Part shown: positions 1-10,884 of the stretch, piece by piece
How positions within the stretch are numbered: position 1 is the stretch's first letter
Layout: each line of letters opens with the position of its first letter
Assembly (NCBI RefSeq): GCF_001194135.2
Contig: NC_068984.1
Coordinates: 91,935,569 to 91,998,699 of the forward strand
DNA from: Octopus bimaculoides
Taxonomy: Eukaryota
Length of the DNA: 63,131 bases
Direction of reading: 5' to 3'
Made by a program: the position numbers and the translations under genes
Notes under the pieces: generated by a model
Told to the model about the DNA's origin: nothing
Databases searched by the model: none
The model's input: only the letters and a program-made list of their open reading frames with translations

Positions 1-19
1 TATATATAAGAGTATTCTT

Positions 20-200
20 TCATTCTTTTATTCATTTGACTGCGGCTATGCTGGAGCACTACTTTTAGTCGAGCAAATCGACCCCAGGACTCAATCCTTG
101 TAAGCCTAGTACTTATTCTATCGGTCTATTTTGCCCAACCACTAAGTTACGGGGACATAAACGCACCAATCTCGGTTGTCAAGCGATGGTGGGGGGACAA
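20..200 (-). mobile_element. SINE 3' portion (octopus-type)
   Basis: Same family as 13505-13635 and 24300-24410 (shared ...cgatagaataagtact...gcagtcaaatga motif on the element strand). Confidence 0.65.
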
Positions 201-229
201 ACACAGACACTCAAACATATACATACACA

Positions 230-261
<32 letters not shown>

Positions 262-265
<4 letters not shown>

Positions 266-1118
266 CATGAAAGAAATAAATAGACACCCTTATAATCATT
301 AAAATTTATTTAAATCTGAAATTATACATTCAAATTATTTGTTAGTTGTTATAATGTGGACATTTAATATTTAATAGACATGCTCTTTGCATTTTCCAAT
401 TCAAGGGCCCGGGAACTTCTTGCTAAGTTTCATGCAATAATTTCAAAAGATCTGGCTTTGAAGATGCTTTCTTGTTCTGTTTATGAAATGCCCTGTCCAT
501 TATGCCCCAGAAGTGTTCTATATGGTTCATATCTGGTGACTAGCTTGGCTATGGAAGCTTTCTAATACCATTGTTTTCCAACGAATCTTGGGTCATTTTA
601 ACCATATGACAAGGAATCCCATCTTCCAAAAATAGAGTCTTCTTTTCTCATTTCACCACTGGAGAAGTTTGGAAGGAGTCCTTTCTGCAATATGGACACA
701 TATTTATTTGAGTTTATCTTTCCCTCACACTCCACCAGCTCTGATCAACCATTGCTCCAGAGGTCTTGCAACGAGGATTATCCGCTACATTTCTCTTAGC
801 AAAGAGAAGGGTTCTGTCAGAGAGTCCTGGTTAATCTGGACAAGGGGATGTGTACTCCTTCCCCTCTCTGGTGAATTGCACAATCACTTTATTAACTGCG
901 ATTTCACGCTGACTATATCCACATTCAGAATGACCCACAATACGGCCTCTTTGAAATTCAGATAGTTCCAAGGCTTCTTTTGCACATGGCATGATTAAAC
1001 AGTCACATATAGAATCTGAAACATAAAAATGTCAATCAATAAGAAATATAAACCTTTACAAGTTAGAATAAACAGCAAACAATGTTTTATGGGGGTCTAT
1101 TTACTTCTAACATGTGTG
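262..1118 (-). mobile_element. Tc1 (DD34E) transposon, internally deleted
   Basis: 28-bp imperfect TIRs (262-289 vs 1091-1118, 23/28 match) next to TA tracts. Minus-strand translation gives an N-terminus [32 protein letters not shown] and catalytic remnant ...PCH...SPDMNHIEHFWGIM, with stops and frameshifts. Confidence 0.85.
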
Positions 1119-1200
1119 TGTATATATATACGAGAGAGTTCTTTTTGTTTCCGTCAACCGAATCCGTCAACCAAATACTAACCACACAGCCACTCCGGTG

Positions 1201-1298
<98 letters not shown>

Positions 1299-1301
1299 TA
1301 C

Positions 1302-1332
<31 letters not shown>

Positions 1333-1415
1333 TATATATATATGTATATGTATATATATATATGTATGTATGCATATATATATATGTATATATATATGTA
1401 TGTATATGTATATAN
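1201..1415. repeat. compound microsatellite (CT)n-(AT)n-(AC)n abutting an assembly gap
   Basis: Directly visible; N-gap 1415-1622 follows. Confidence 0.95.
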
Positions 1416-2511
1416 NNNNNNNNNNNNNNNNNNNNNNNNNNNNNNNNNNNNNNNNNNNNNNNNNNNNNNNNNNNNNNNNNNNNNNNNNNNNNNNNNNNNN
1501 NNNNNNNNNNNNNNNNNNNNNNNNNNNNNNNNNNNNNNNNNNNNNNNNNNNNNNNNNNNNNNNNNNNNNNNNNNNNNNNNNNNNNNNNNNNNNNNNNNNN
1601 NNNNNNNNNNNNNNNNNNNNNNATATATATATATATATATATAAATTCATGTTGGAAGTATGGAATTTCCTGCTTGCTGACTAGTGAACGGAAATTGTAC
1701 ATAAACTTACTTTTTCGGACACAACTGGAAACGGTCAAAGGGAGAAAATTCCATCTTGCCCAGGTTTTTCTCCTCGAAGAATTTCGTTTCAGGGATCTTT
1801 TCACTACCTTGCTGACCAAGACTGTATTATTTCCTCCATCAATAAGGGTGCTATACACCTCAGCCCAGCAGGTTTGGTACGTCACCTGTATTGTTGAGCA
1901 ATAATAGAGATGACACCAATGCTAGCTTTCTAACTAGCCATAACAAACGACCACATTAAACATTACTGCTCCCAAAATTTTTCAGAGTGTGAAATTTTTT
2001 CGGACTTATAACTGACCGATCATATATTGTCTGTTCTCTTGCTCAGTCGGTTCAGATTTTCTATTTCTCCTTTGCATCACCCTTTCTGTTAGTTATTTAT
2101 GCTGTAAATGTATAATTATTTTCCTCTTGTATAGCCGAAAGGCATCTTTCTGTTGTATATGTATAATTCTTTTTCTGTTGCACTTGTATTATTTCATCCC
2201 GTTGTATTGTATACGCATTTTTTTTAGCTTTCTTGTTTTTGTTTTTGTTCTTGTATACATTCGTTCGTTTTTCCCAGAAGCTTACTCACTCTGGTGCTTG
2301 CCTGAACCGAGCAGCCTCGATATTAAAATGCGCGAAACTGCTAGAACATTATGGACATTGACTGAGGAGGAAATCGGCTGCGAATGTTCTGTGTGTCTTA
2401 TTTTTGTCCAGTTTCCGTTTCTTATGTTTTCGTCTATTTTTCCTTATGTTGTTTTTTGTTGACTCTTCGCTTGCTGTGTTTTCTACTTGTGTTTTTTCTG
2501 TTCAACCCTCG

Positions 2512-2560
<49 letters not shown>

Positions 2561-2707
2561 TTAATATAAACAGCTTGGCACAATGTGGTGCCATAAAGGA
2601 GCTCCATGACTAGAAATAAGAGTTAAAATACTCTTAATGCTGTAAAAAGAGCACAAATATATACATATACTGACAAGCGAGGTAATCGCCTCATGACCAT
2701 CTCTAGG

Positions 2708-2760
2708 ATCACCGGACCAGGCCTAGTTTCGCCTATATCGTAGGCATTGTCAGTGGTAAC
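2708..2760 (-). ncRNA. degenerate type I hammerhead ribozyme
   Basis: Minus strand reads GTTACCA-CTGACAA-T-GCCTA-CGATA-TAGGC-GAA-ACTAGGCCTGGT-C-CGGTGAT: stem I, core, 5-bp stem II, GAAA, near-palindromic stem III, GUC cleavage triplet. G8 to A core change. Confidence 0.7.
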
Positions 2761-2846
2761 TGCTCAAACGGTTGATGGTGGATTATTCCAGGTGCCAGCA
2801 TATATATATGTACCATAGAAATTTATGGATGATTTAGCTAATTAGT

Positions 2847-3438
2847 GGATCTATTTTAAAACGGGGGCCACATTTTTCATTAATGTTTTACGTAGTGTTT
2901 TTGGTACGGAAAGACTTTCAAACTTTGTATACTTATCTATTTCGTGTTATAGAACAGAAAAATATTTTTGTATTAGAATTTATTTCATGTAAAAAATTGT
3001 CTTATTTCGATAATTTCAACCAATCACTGACAAGTATTCAGTTGTTTATATTTACTCCTTTGGCTGATTAAGCGATGTAAAGCGTATTTAATCTCCATAC
3101 CTTCGTTTTATTTGCTTTTTTCATTTTAAATTTGCTTTAACCCTAACCCTAACCCTAACCCTAACCCTAGGGTTAGGGTTAGGGTTAGGGTTAGGGTTAA
3201 TTGTTTCAGAATCGTTTGTTTATGTAGTCGGCACTTAATGTATATCGGCTGAATGGACGTCAGTGATTGGTTGAAATTACAGAAATATGACAACTTTAAC
3301 ATGGAATAACTTATGGATTTCTTTTTTTTTAAAGAAGACTAAGAGAAAAAGATGTTTTATATGACACATTCTACCAGTGTTCCAAGTTTCAAAGTGTTTC
3401 GTTAATGAAAAATGTGGCCCCCGTTTTAAAAAAGATCC
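2847..3438. mobile_element. MITE with ~37-bp TIRs and 8-bp TSD (Merlin-like)
   Basis: TIR GGATCTATTTTAAAACGGGGGCCACATTTTTCATTAA and its reverse complement (1 mismatch). TSD TAATTAGT at 2839-2846 and 3439-3446. GG...CC termini with 8-bp TSD fit Merlin better than hAT. Confidence 0.85.
3137..3200. repeat. perfect 64-bp palindrome of telomeric repeats, (AACCCT)n-(AGGGTT)n
   Basis: TTAACCCTAACCC...CCCTAGGG...GGGTTAGGGTTAA, centred on 3168/3169. Confidence 0.95.
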
Positions 3439-4299
3439 TAATTAGTTTATTAAAAATTAATATAAACAGCTAGGCGTAATGTGATACCATAAAGGAAAAA
3501 TTTAATCATCACTAAGCGTGACTTGCACATTCTCTAGATGAATTCAAGTTTATCTACAGCGTACCTATACATATGCATACACCAATTCACATATACACAA
3601 GATATTAATGGCTTAAGTTGTATTCGGCGGCGATATATATCATCTGTTGTTCATGAAGCACAGGTCTCAGCTAACTATGAGAACGGGTAGAAGAGAAATC
3701 AAGCCGTCGTGTATATATATGTATGTGTGTGTGCATCTGTGTGTCTTTGTGCCAGTGTGTGTGTGTGTGCGCGCCTGTGTGTGCATGTGTGTGGTGTTTA
3801 CTCTGCTCATTGGATCAAACCAAAGTGGAGTGGGAAGGGGCGTCTATATCCTCTTCTTGCCTCAACCCACTCTTGTTCTTATAGCATCAGATATTGATTT
3901 GACAGATTTTCGTAATGAGACTCAATCACACCATCCACTGAGTCATCAAAGCTTGCATCCTTTGTCGGTGTAGAAAACCTGTAAAGTTATATTAGAGTGT
4001 GGCCGTGTTTTTGCAAGCATTATTATCTGAAGGGTTTCACCTCACCCCACGACGCGATTATATTAATCAGCTGTATTCATAATGTTGAACCTTTTCCATT
4101 AGTCTTTAACTGTAAGTTTATCTTCCTCATTAACTACTTTCATCAATTTTTAAAAAGTTTCTCGGAAATAAAATACCTGGAAATTAACTGATTTGATTAT
4201 TTGGCCCGAGTAAATAAATTGCACTCTACTCTCGCATTATCAAAAATATTTAAGTTGGGGAACTGTAAGGAAAAATACATTGTTGGAACTATTACATCT

Positions 4300-4740
4300 G
4301 TTGTTACATCTTTTGACAGCTGAGAAAAATAAACCATGTTGGAGAAGGATTGTAGTTATTCAAAACTTATTTGAATGCTGAATCAGAAATAAATTAAAAT
4401 ACTTATCGTGGCCTCTGAAAATTCTTGGATTTTCGGAAGCATTTCCTCGTAGGCATGCGCTTCCAGAAAACCCCAGCTTTATCAACATAGAGTACAACAT
4501 GGCACACATTTTTTCTGGCTCGTCAGATTAATTAACAGCAGCCTCTCTATCAGTACAGGCAGCTTCACCGGTCATTTTAAAGCTATACAAAATAAGGTAT
4601 TTCATAAAATTTTGAAACCAGCTTTTACAAACCGAAAAGGTTTTGCGTCAGGAGTTGCACTTTACTGTTTCTGAAAATCGATGCATAAACTTAACCTTCG
4701 TTTCAATGACCATTATGTTTATTGGCACGTGTGCATTAGG
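4300..4740 (-). mobile_element. Tigger/pogo-type transposase remnant
   Basis: Minus-strand pieces KSWFQNF...KMTGEAACTDREAA and YVDKAGVFWKRMPTR match the Tigger motifs KGWF..F, GEAASAD and NVDETGLFWKRMP. Confidence 0.75.
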
Positions 4741-4864
4741 AAAATGTCAAGAAATCTCCCTTAAATTATATCTACTGTTTTAAGTGTGTATGAGTCAAGC
4801 AATAAAGGCCTGTATACGGTAATACTACCAGCTAGAAATCATCTCCAACTCACATGTTACTGTC

Positions 4865-4867
<3 letters not shown>

Positions 4868-4910
<43 letters not shown>

Positions 4911-4912
4911 GA

Positions 4913-4962
<50 letters not shown>

Positions 4963-4967
4963 GACTG

Positions 4968-5051
<84 letters not shown>

Positions 5052-5125
5052 CCTTGTCTGTCTGTCAGTGTGTTTGTTTGTCTGCCTGTCTGTCTATCTG
5101 TCTGTCTATCTGCCTTTCTACCTAT
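4868..5125. repeat. (TATC)n/(TGTC)n microsatellite
   Basis: Directly visible. Confidence 0.95.
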
Positions 5126-5244
5126 CTGTTTGTCAGTTCATTCATCCACCCATCTATCCAAACACACACACATACCTCACGGTCATGACCAGACTAACGG
5201 ATGTTGTTATACAGCGCTGGTCACAATGCACTTCGCATTATTGA

Positions 5245-5410
5245 ACTGAACGCCAGTCGGTCACAGAGTAACCCATTTATAGCTGAGTGGACTGGAGTTA
5301 TGTGAAATGGAGTGCTTTGCTCTAGAACACGACGCACAGCCTGTGTGGGAATTGAAACCACGATCTCGCGATCGTGAGTGGAGCACCATAGCCACTAGGC
5401 CACGCACTTT
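5245..5410 (-). mobile_element. tRNA-derived SINE with CORE-like segment
   Basis: Minus strand has an A-box (TGGCCTAGTGG), a B-box (GGTTTCAATTCC), then gtgttctagagcaaagcactccatttcac. Confidence 0.7.
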
Positions 5411-5485
5411 CATACACGCACACGCACACGCACACGCACACGCCTGCATACATATATACATACATGCACACACGAAGACACACAC

Positions 5486-5562
5486 ACGCATGCATACACA
5501 CGTATGCATACACACGTATGCATACACACGTATGCATACACACGTATGCATACACACGTATG

Positions 5563-5570
<8 letters not shown>
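5486..5570. repeat. 14-bp tandem repeat (CACACGTATGCATA)n within an (AC)n tract
   Basis: About 5 visible units. Confidence 0.85.
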
Positions 5571-5601
<31 letters not shown>

Positions 5602-5733
5602 ACACACACACACACACAATGGTATGCATATATTTCAGTGAAACAAAATATTATTTTAGATCATATTCTGTTTTATCCACGTTCCACAACTACAATAATC
5701 GTATTGTTATGTATCTTTTTCTTTGTATCATAG

Positions 5734-6308
5734 CATGTCAGAGGACCATACCAACGGATGTCATGTTCATGGTCGGTAACCATCAGTTTGGCAGTCACAG
5801 GACTCAAATTATCTTCGAGGGTATAAAAGCGGCGATGAAGAAAGTCAATACTGGAAAAAAGTTTCAATTTGGAACAGTATTTGAAGACTGTCTGCCTAAC
5901 CAGGATGTTAGGATCGGAATAACTGGAGAAAAAGAAATCATTAAGAAAACTACCAACTTCTTACACGGTGATTTTACATCTCTTTTCCGCAAACTGAATT
6001 TTAATAATTTCTTGCCAAAAAGAAACATTTTTATGCGGCATTTCGGAATGGTATTTATCGACCGTACTGTGAATTTGAACAGTCCAAAAATTACACATGA
6101 AATCCAAAGAATTTTGAATGATGTTATACTTTTATTTTATGTTGTAATTGGAGATGGTGTGAATATGTCTAAAATTCCTGGCATATCACCTAAGATGATT
6201 ATCAAAATACCTTCCTATGAAGCCTTAGTTACAACTTTTCCAGTATTGCTTTCAGATACAATATGTAAATCAGCAGAAAACTCAGGTGGCAGACCAGACA
6301 TTTCATAA
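5734..6308 (+). CDS. exon encoding a degenerate MIDAS-less VWA domain of a two-VWA matrix-protein-like gene (paralog 1); upstream exons not found in window
   Basis: Pyrimidine-rich acceptor ...tcatag|CA at 5732-5733 (phase 1), then ~190 open codons: CQRTIPTDVMFMV...FQFGTVFEDC...HFGMVFID...LFYVVIGDGV...IIKIPSYEAL...DTICK, which follows VWA strand order. Clear homology to 24501-25009. Confidence 0.8.
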
Positions 6309-6520
6309 TTTCTTTCTTTTATGTGGAAATACGATTTATGTTTTTTAAAAAATAAACGTAACTTACTGGAAACATTCCAAACACTTATTCAGTGTAAACC
6401 TTTAACAATCATTCACAAAATACAGGCCGTCATATCCTCGAGGACAAAATCTACATAAGTTCACTCATCAATTTATTTAATAAAAAGAGATTTTCTTTGT
6501 GCCTTAATTTTTTCAAACAG

Positions 6521-6552
6521 AATTGCCATTAATGGAAAACCTTCCATGTTGA
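6521..6552 (+). CDS. candidate short terminal exon (ELPLMENLPC*) of paralog 1
   Basis: Good acceptor ttttctttgtgccttaattttttcaaacag; in phase with a weak donor TCAG|gtggca at 6286; AATAAA at 6648-6653. No transcript evidence. Confidence 0.25.
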
Positions 6553-7299
6553 GACCATCAACAACTGAATGATTGATAGTTATATTCAGTATAGAATTAG
6601 AATATTTTGCTTTGATAAAATTGACTTATAGTTATTTATAACTCAGGAATAAAACGTTTATCTTCAGTTTTGAAGTTTTATTAAGATATAATTATTTATC
6701 GTTTACAAATACCAGAAAGTATAGTAGTCTCATTGTTTTTGTTTTCTTTAAAACATTTCTTCAGATTGTTATTATTTGTTATATGTATAAAAGTGTTTTT
6801 CACAAAAATATTTAAAATGTGTTTAATATATCATACGAATTTACTTTTGTCATAATAGAAAATTCAGTTTATCTCTTGCAATAAATATTTATATGTAACA
6901 GTATTTTTGAATATATGAAATTATGTTTACTTATCTAAATTATATTTTTCTTCTAATCTTTCCAGCATCAGATTTTAATTGAATTCGGTATTTACTTGTT
7001 TGGGCGCAATGCTGTATGTTTGTGAATGTGTCTCTATGTATATGTAGTGTGTTGAGACTAACGTCACACAAGCACTATAGCTTATGAAAGAGTAATAAAG
7101 TATCAGAACGTAATATACATATATACTTTACTGGAAAGCAAGTATGTTAGGAATAAAGAAGTTAATCGTAAATATCAACTGTTAGCTCATGCAATCTAAT
7201 ATATATCTATGATATTCAGATATAAGACTCGACTAATTAAGTACCATATGATAATTAGTGCTGCACTTTAGTAAAAATTGATAGATAATGCTGCAGTTT

Positions 7300-8525
7300 A
7301 GTAAGAATTGATATATAATCATTGTAAATGCAATATCTAAACTATTTGTAAAGTTGTTTCAACATTTCATGGTCTCTATATTGACTTGTTAATGGCTGCT
7401 TTTTCGTCTGTTTTCTTAGCAAAAGTTTATAAAATGTTAAAAGATTATCTACTAAATCACGTACTCGAAAAATTTCAGTCAATCAAAATTTTCTATTTTG
7501 TCGGAGAAAGAAAACAAAAACCTAGGAGGGAGATAAATTTAAGGAATTAGAAATTTATTTAACAAAATTTATTTAGAACCTTAGGGAAAAGTTGACATTT
7601 GTGGGCAAAGTAACAATTACGACCATGTTGCGATCCTTTTACACTTCATCATCATTTCATATCACAGTCTACTTAAAATTGCTTTGAAAATTTGTCGAAG
7701 GTTATTTTTTGTGTTAAGCATAGAAACAGAGTTACGAATAAGACTTAATGTTGTCAGTGTTTTGCTTGAAATATTGTTAGTATTTTTGTTTTGTCTTGCA
7801 AAGATACATAAAAAGCTTATGTTGATATAAAATTGTTTTCGTTTGTTTTAATAAGAAAATTATGAAGTTGCATATTGTTGACGGTATGCCACACAATAAA
7901 ATTTGAAGTTAGTGAAGTTATTGATTTTGTTGCTATTTCTGTATGTACGTGGTTTTTAAAAATTTCTTTGATTTCAAATTAAGATATTGTGTTTTTAAGA
8001 TGCCGTTATAAAAGTGTTCTGGGTGTTGCATATGCGATTGATGCTTGGAAGGAATTTTTCTTGTAGTGGTAAGGACTGTGAGAATTAGAACTGAATTTTG
8101 TTGCGCTAAATAAATCTGCCTCTCGCAGATTTGACTGGTCATTCAGTCTTAGTATTTTTGTTTTGTAGTGTAGGTATACTCGTACAAGGGGATTTAATAA
8201 GTTCCTTGTGAATGAAAAGACGTGCATGTTAGGAGATCTCGTGATTTGGTGTACGATTCTTGACAGTTGTTTTCGGTAGGCAAATGATAAATTACAAAAT
8301 TTGACGCTTTTAACCATGTTTAGTATCCCAGATTCAAATTTATCGAGCAAAGGGTTACAAAGAGTTTTATAAGATTTAAGCTTACAAGAGCGACGTTTAT
8401 GTTTGGATACCTCTTTAATGTCGAAGAAGAAAACGTGCAACCTCATTTTTCTTAAGCCATTAGTCTTCTGAAGAAGAGGTAATAGATATGATCCGAGGGG
8501 GAATGGAATATCCTTAAGTGAAATA
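7300..8525 (-). mobile_element. Penelope-like retroelement remnant (N-terminal region clear, RT core decayed)
   Basis: Minus strand SLKDIPFPLGSYLLPLLQKTNGLRKMRLHVFFF...LLDKFESGILNMVKSVKF...NMHVFSFTRNL resembles PLE N-termini (S.KNIPIP...MRWKAFFF...FE.DL..M...I.F...ADKT.N). A possible YRDD relic (QYRDH) lies near 7370. Only 8200-8525 is well supported. Confidence 0.6.
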
Positions 8526-8654
8526 TTAAGGGATTGCCTGTCTATATTGTGTAATGCTTATTATTTGTGTTCTTGAGCATGCATACATACAAACATACAT
8601 ACATGCATACATACATATATACATTCATACATACTAGTTTTAAATGTTGGCACA

Positions 8655-8847
8655 AGGTCAGCAATTTCGGAGCAGGTAAGTCGATTACATCGACAACAGT
8701 GTTCGATTGATATACTTACTTTATCGATCCCGAAAGGATGAAAGGCAGAGTTGACCTTGGAGAAATTTGACCTCAGAACGTAAAGACAGACAAAATGTCG
8801 CTTAGCATTCTGCCCGGCGTGTAAACGATTCTACCAGCTCGACGACT
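8655..8847 (-). mobile_element. tRNA-derived SINE, family A (head GGCGGCGAGCTGGCAGAATCGTTAG)
   Basis: Matches copies at 47270, 54762, 58935, 59425 and 59690; A- and B-box-like motifs on the element strand. Confidence 0.85.
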
Positions 8848-9772
8848 TAATACATTCATACACATTGGTATACAGAAAATATGGATAACTCTAACACTGG
8901 AGAAAGGTTTACTCTTACTTAAGGAAAGCAAAAATATGGGACCACTTTATCTTGAATATTTTGTATGTATGTAAGTAAATCTAGGGCAAGTTGGCAAATT
9001 GGCGGAATCATCAGGACGTTGGTTGAAATCCCTCGCAGCAAGTGCCAACTCTCTGCTCTCTGTGTTCAAATGTGTCGAAGTCAATTTGGTCTTTCATCTA
9101 TTGGTGTTCAATAAAAAGTACCAATCCGGAGTGGTGAATTGTCAGAAGTTAGAACATCAGATGAGATGTCTTGTAGTACCTGTTCCCGTTTATTTCATTC
9201 TGACAACAATAACGCCTGCATCAATACTAGTGCCAAGCTCTATCTGCTCTTATGTGGAGGACCTTCCCTTAGATAACATCGGTAGCGTGAAGAAGGTAGA
9301 TAATACATAGATTATAGGCAGTCTTCCTTTAAACCAAAACCCAGTGCAAACGTTGCAAATATACGGTTAACTCTAATCGGCGCAGACCCCTAAGAAATGG
9401 AAAATGAAAACCTATCACTTTCTTTCAGAGACCTGCAATAATGAGTACAATTTCTACACATCTGCTTCTTATCCACAACTCATATGCATGCAAGATTTTA
9501 TTGATTTCTTGTATTGAGATAGCAGCCAAATCTCTCTTCTATAAGAGAGGTAATATTTATCACCATTTAAACGTGGATGTTCTGTTAGAGCAAACTATAC
9601 CGCGGTAGTTACCATGAGAAACCCTCACATTGGCTTTTGATGCAAAATGCACTCTTTTTTAAATAAACAAAAAATACAACAGCAAATAAAGCAAAAACAA
9701 CAACAACAAAAAACGAGTACATTTTACACCAAATGCCAGTATGAGAGTTTCTCTCATGGTATCTACTGCAGT

Positions 9773-10158
9773 GTGGAGGCGCAATGGCCCAGTGGTTAGG
9801 GCAGCGGACTCGCGGTCATAGGATCCCAGTTTCGACTCCCAGACCGGGCGTTGTGAGTGTTTATTGAGCGAAAACACCAAAAGCTTCATGAGGCTCCGGC
9901 AGGGGATGGTGGCGAATCCTACTGTACTCTTCCATCACACCTTCCTCTCACTCTTACTTCCTGTTTCTGTTGTACCTGTAATTCAAAGGGCCAGCCTTGT
10001 CACAATGTGTCACGCTGAATATCCCCCGAGAACTACGTTAAGGGTACACGTGTCTGTGGCGTGCTCAGCCACTTGCACGTTAATTTCACAAGCAGGCTGT
10101 TTCGTTGATCGGATCAACTGGAACCCTCGACGTCGTAAGCGACGGAGTGCCAACAACA
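9773..10158 (+). mobile_element. full-length tRNA-derived SINE, family B, with 12-bp TSD
   Basis: tRNA-like head GGCCCAGTGGTTAGGGC...GTTTCGACTCCC, (CAA)n tail, TSD ATCTACTGCAGT at 9761-9772 and 10159-10170. Confidence 0.9.
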
Positions 10159-10189
10159 ATCTACTGCAGTCTAATCAGCTGGCAAAAAT

Positions 10190-10360
10190 TAGTAGTACCT
10201 GTATTTCAAGGGACCAACCTTGTCACATTCTGTGTCATGTTGAGAACTACGTTAAGGGTACACGAGTCTGTGGAGTGCTAAGCCACTTGCACGTTAATTT
10301 CACGAGCAGACTGTTACGTTGATCGGATCAACTGGAAACCTCGTCGTCGTAACCGATGGC
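10190..10360 (+). mobile_element. 5'-truncated SINE family B copy
   Basis: Repeats the 3' half of 9773-10158 (gtacctgta-ttcaaagg...gatcggatcaactggaa). Confidence 0.85.
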
Positions 10361-10823
10361 GTATCAGTTTTTCTTTCCACCCCAGGATACTCTGTTCTAA
10401 CAGAATATTTACGTTTAAGTGGGGATAAATATTACCTCTCGGTATTAATACTGCCTCTGTCGCTATAAGAGTTTGGAGTACTGATATATCTTCTATAAGA
10501 GTTATGAGCACAGATAGTACCTTCATTATCATAAGCAACTCGGGCGCACTCGGTAACCATCTTACACAAAAGCATGTTTGTATATATACATTTATAAGTG
10601 TGCGCGTGTGGTGTTTTCAGTTTGAGTGTGAGTGTGTGCGAATGTATACTTGTTTGTCAGTTTGTATGTATGTATGTATGTATGTATGTATGTATGTATG
10701 TATGCATGCATGTAAGCTTTTCATTGGGGTATGTTCTCATAATTCAAGTTAGTCATAATATAGAGACAAGGGTTCTTTGTCCGAATCAAAATTGTTCGAG
10801 AGATGTGAAGATGTGGATGTATG

Positions 10824-10884
<61 letters not shown>

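Noticed and set aside
2300-2350. Second hammerhead (ctgaaccgag...gcgcgaaac)
   Set aside because: Core is not CUGANGA and stems I and III cannot be formed.
3137-3200. Ancient telomere-telomere fusion site
   Set aside because: Orientation is CCCTAA then TTAGGG, opposite to a fusion, and it lies inside a TSD-flanked MITE.
5307-5733. N-terminal part of the 333-aa ORF 5307-6308 as real coding sequence
   Set aside because: It translates a SINE and an (AC)n tract; the VWA homology starts at the splice acceptor at 5733.
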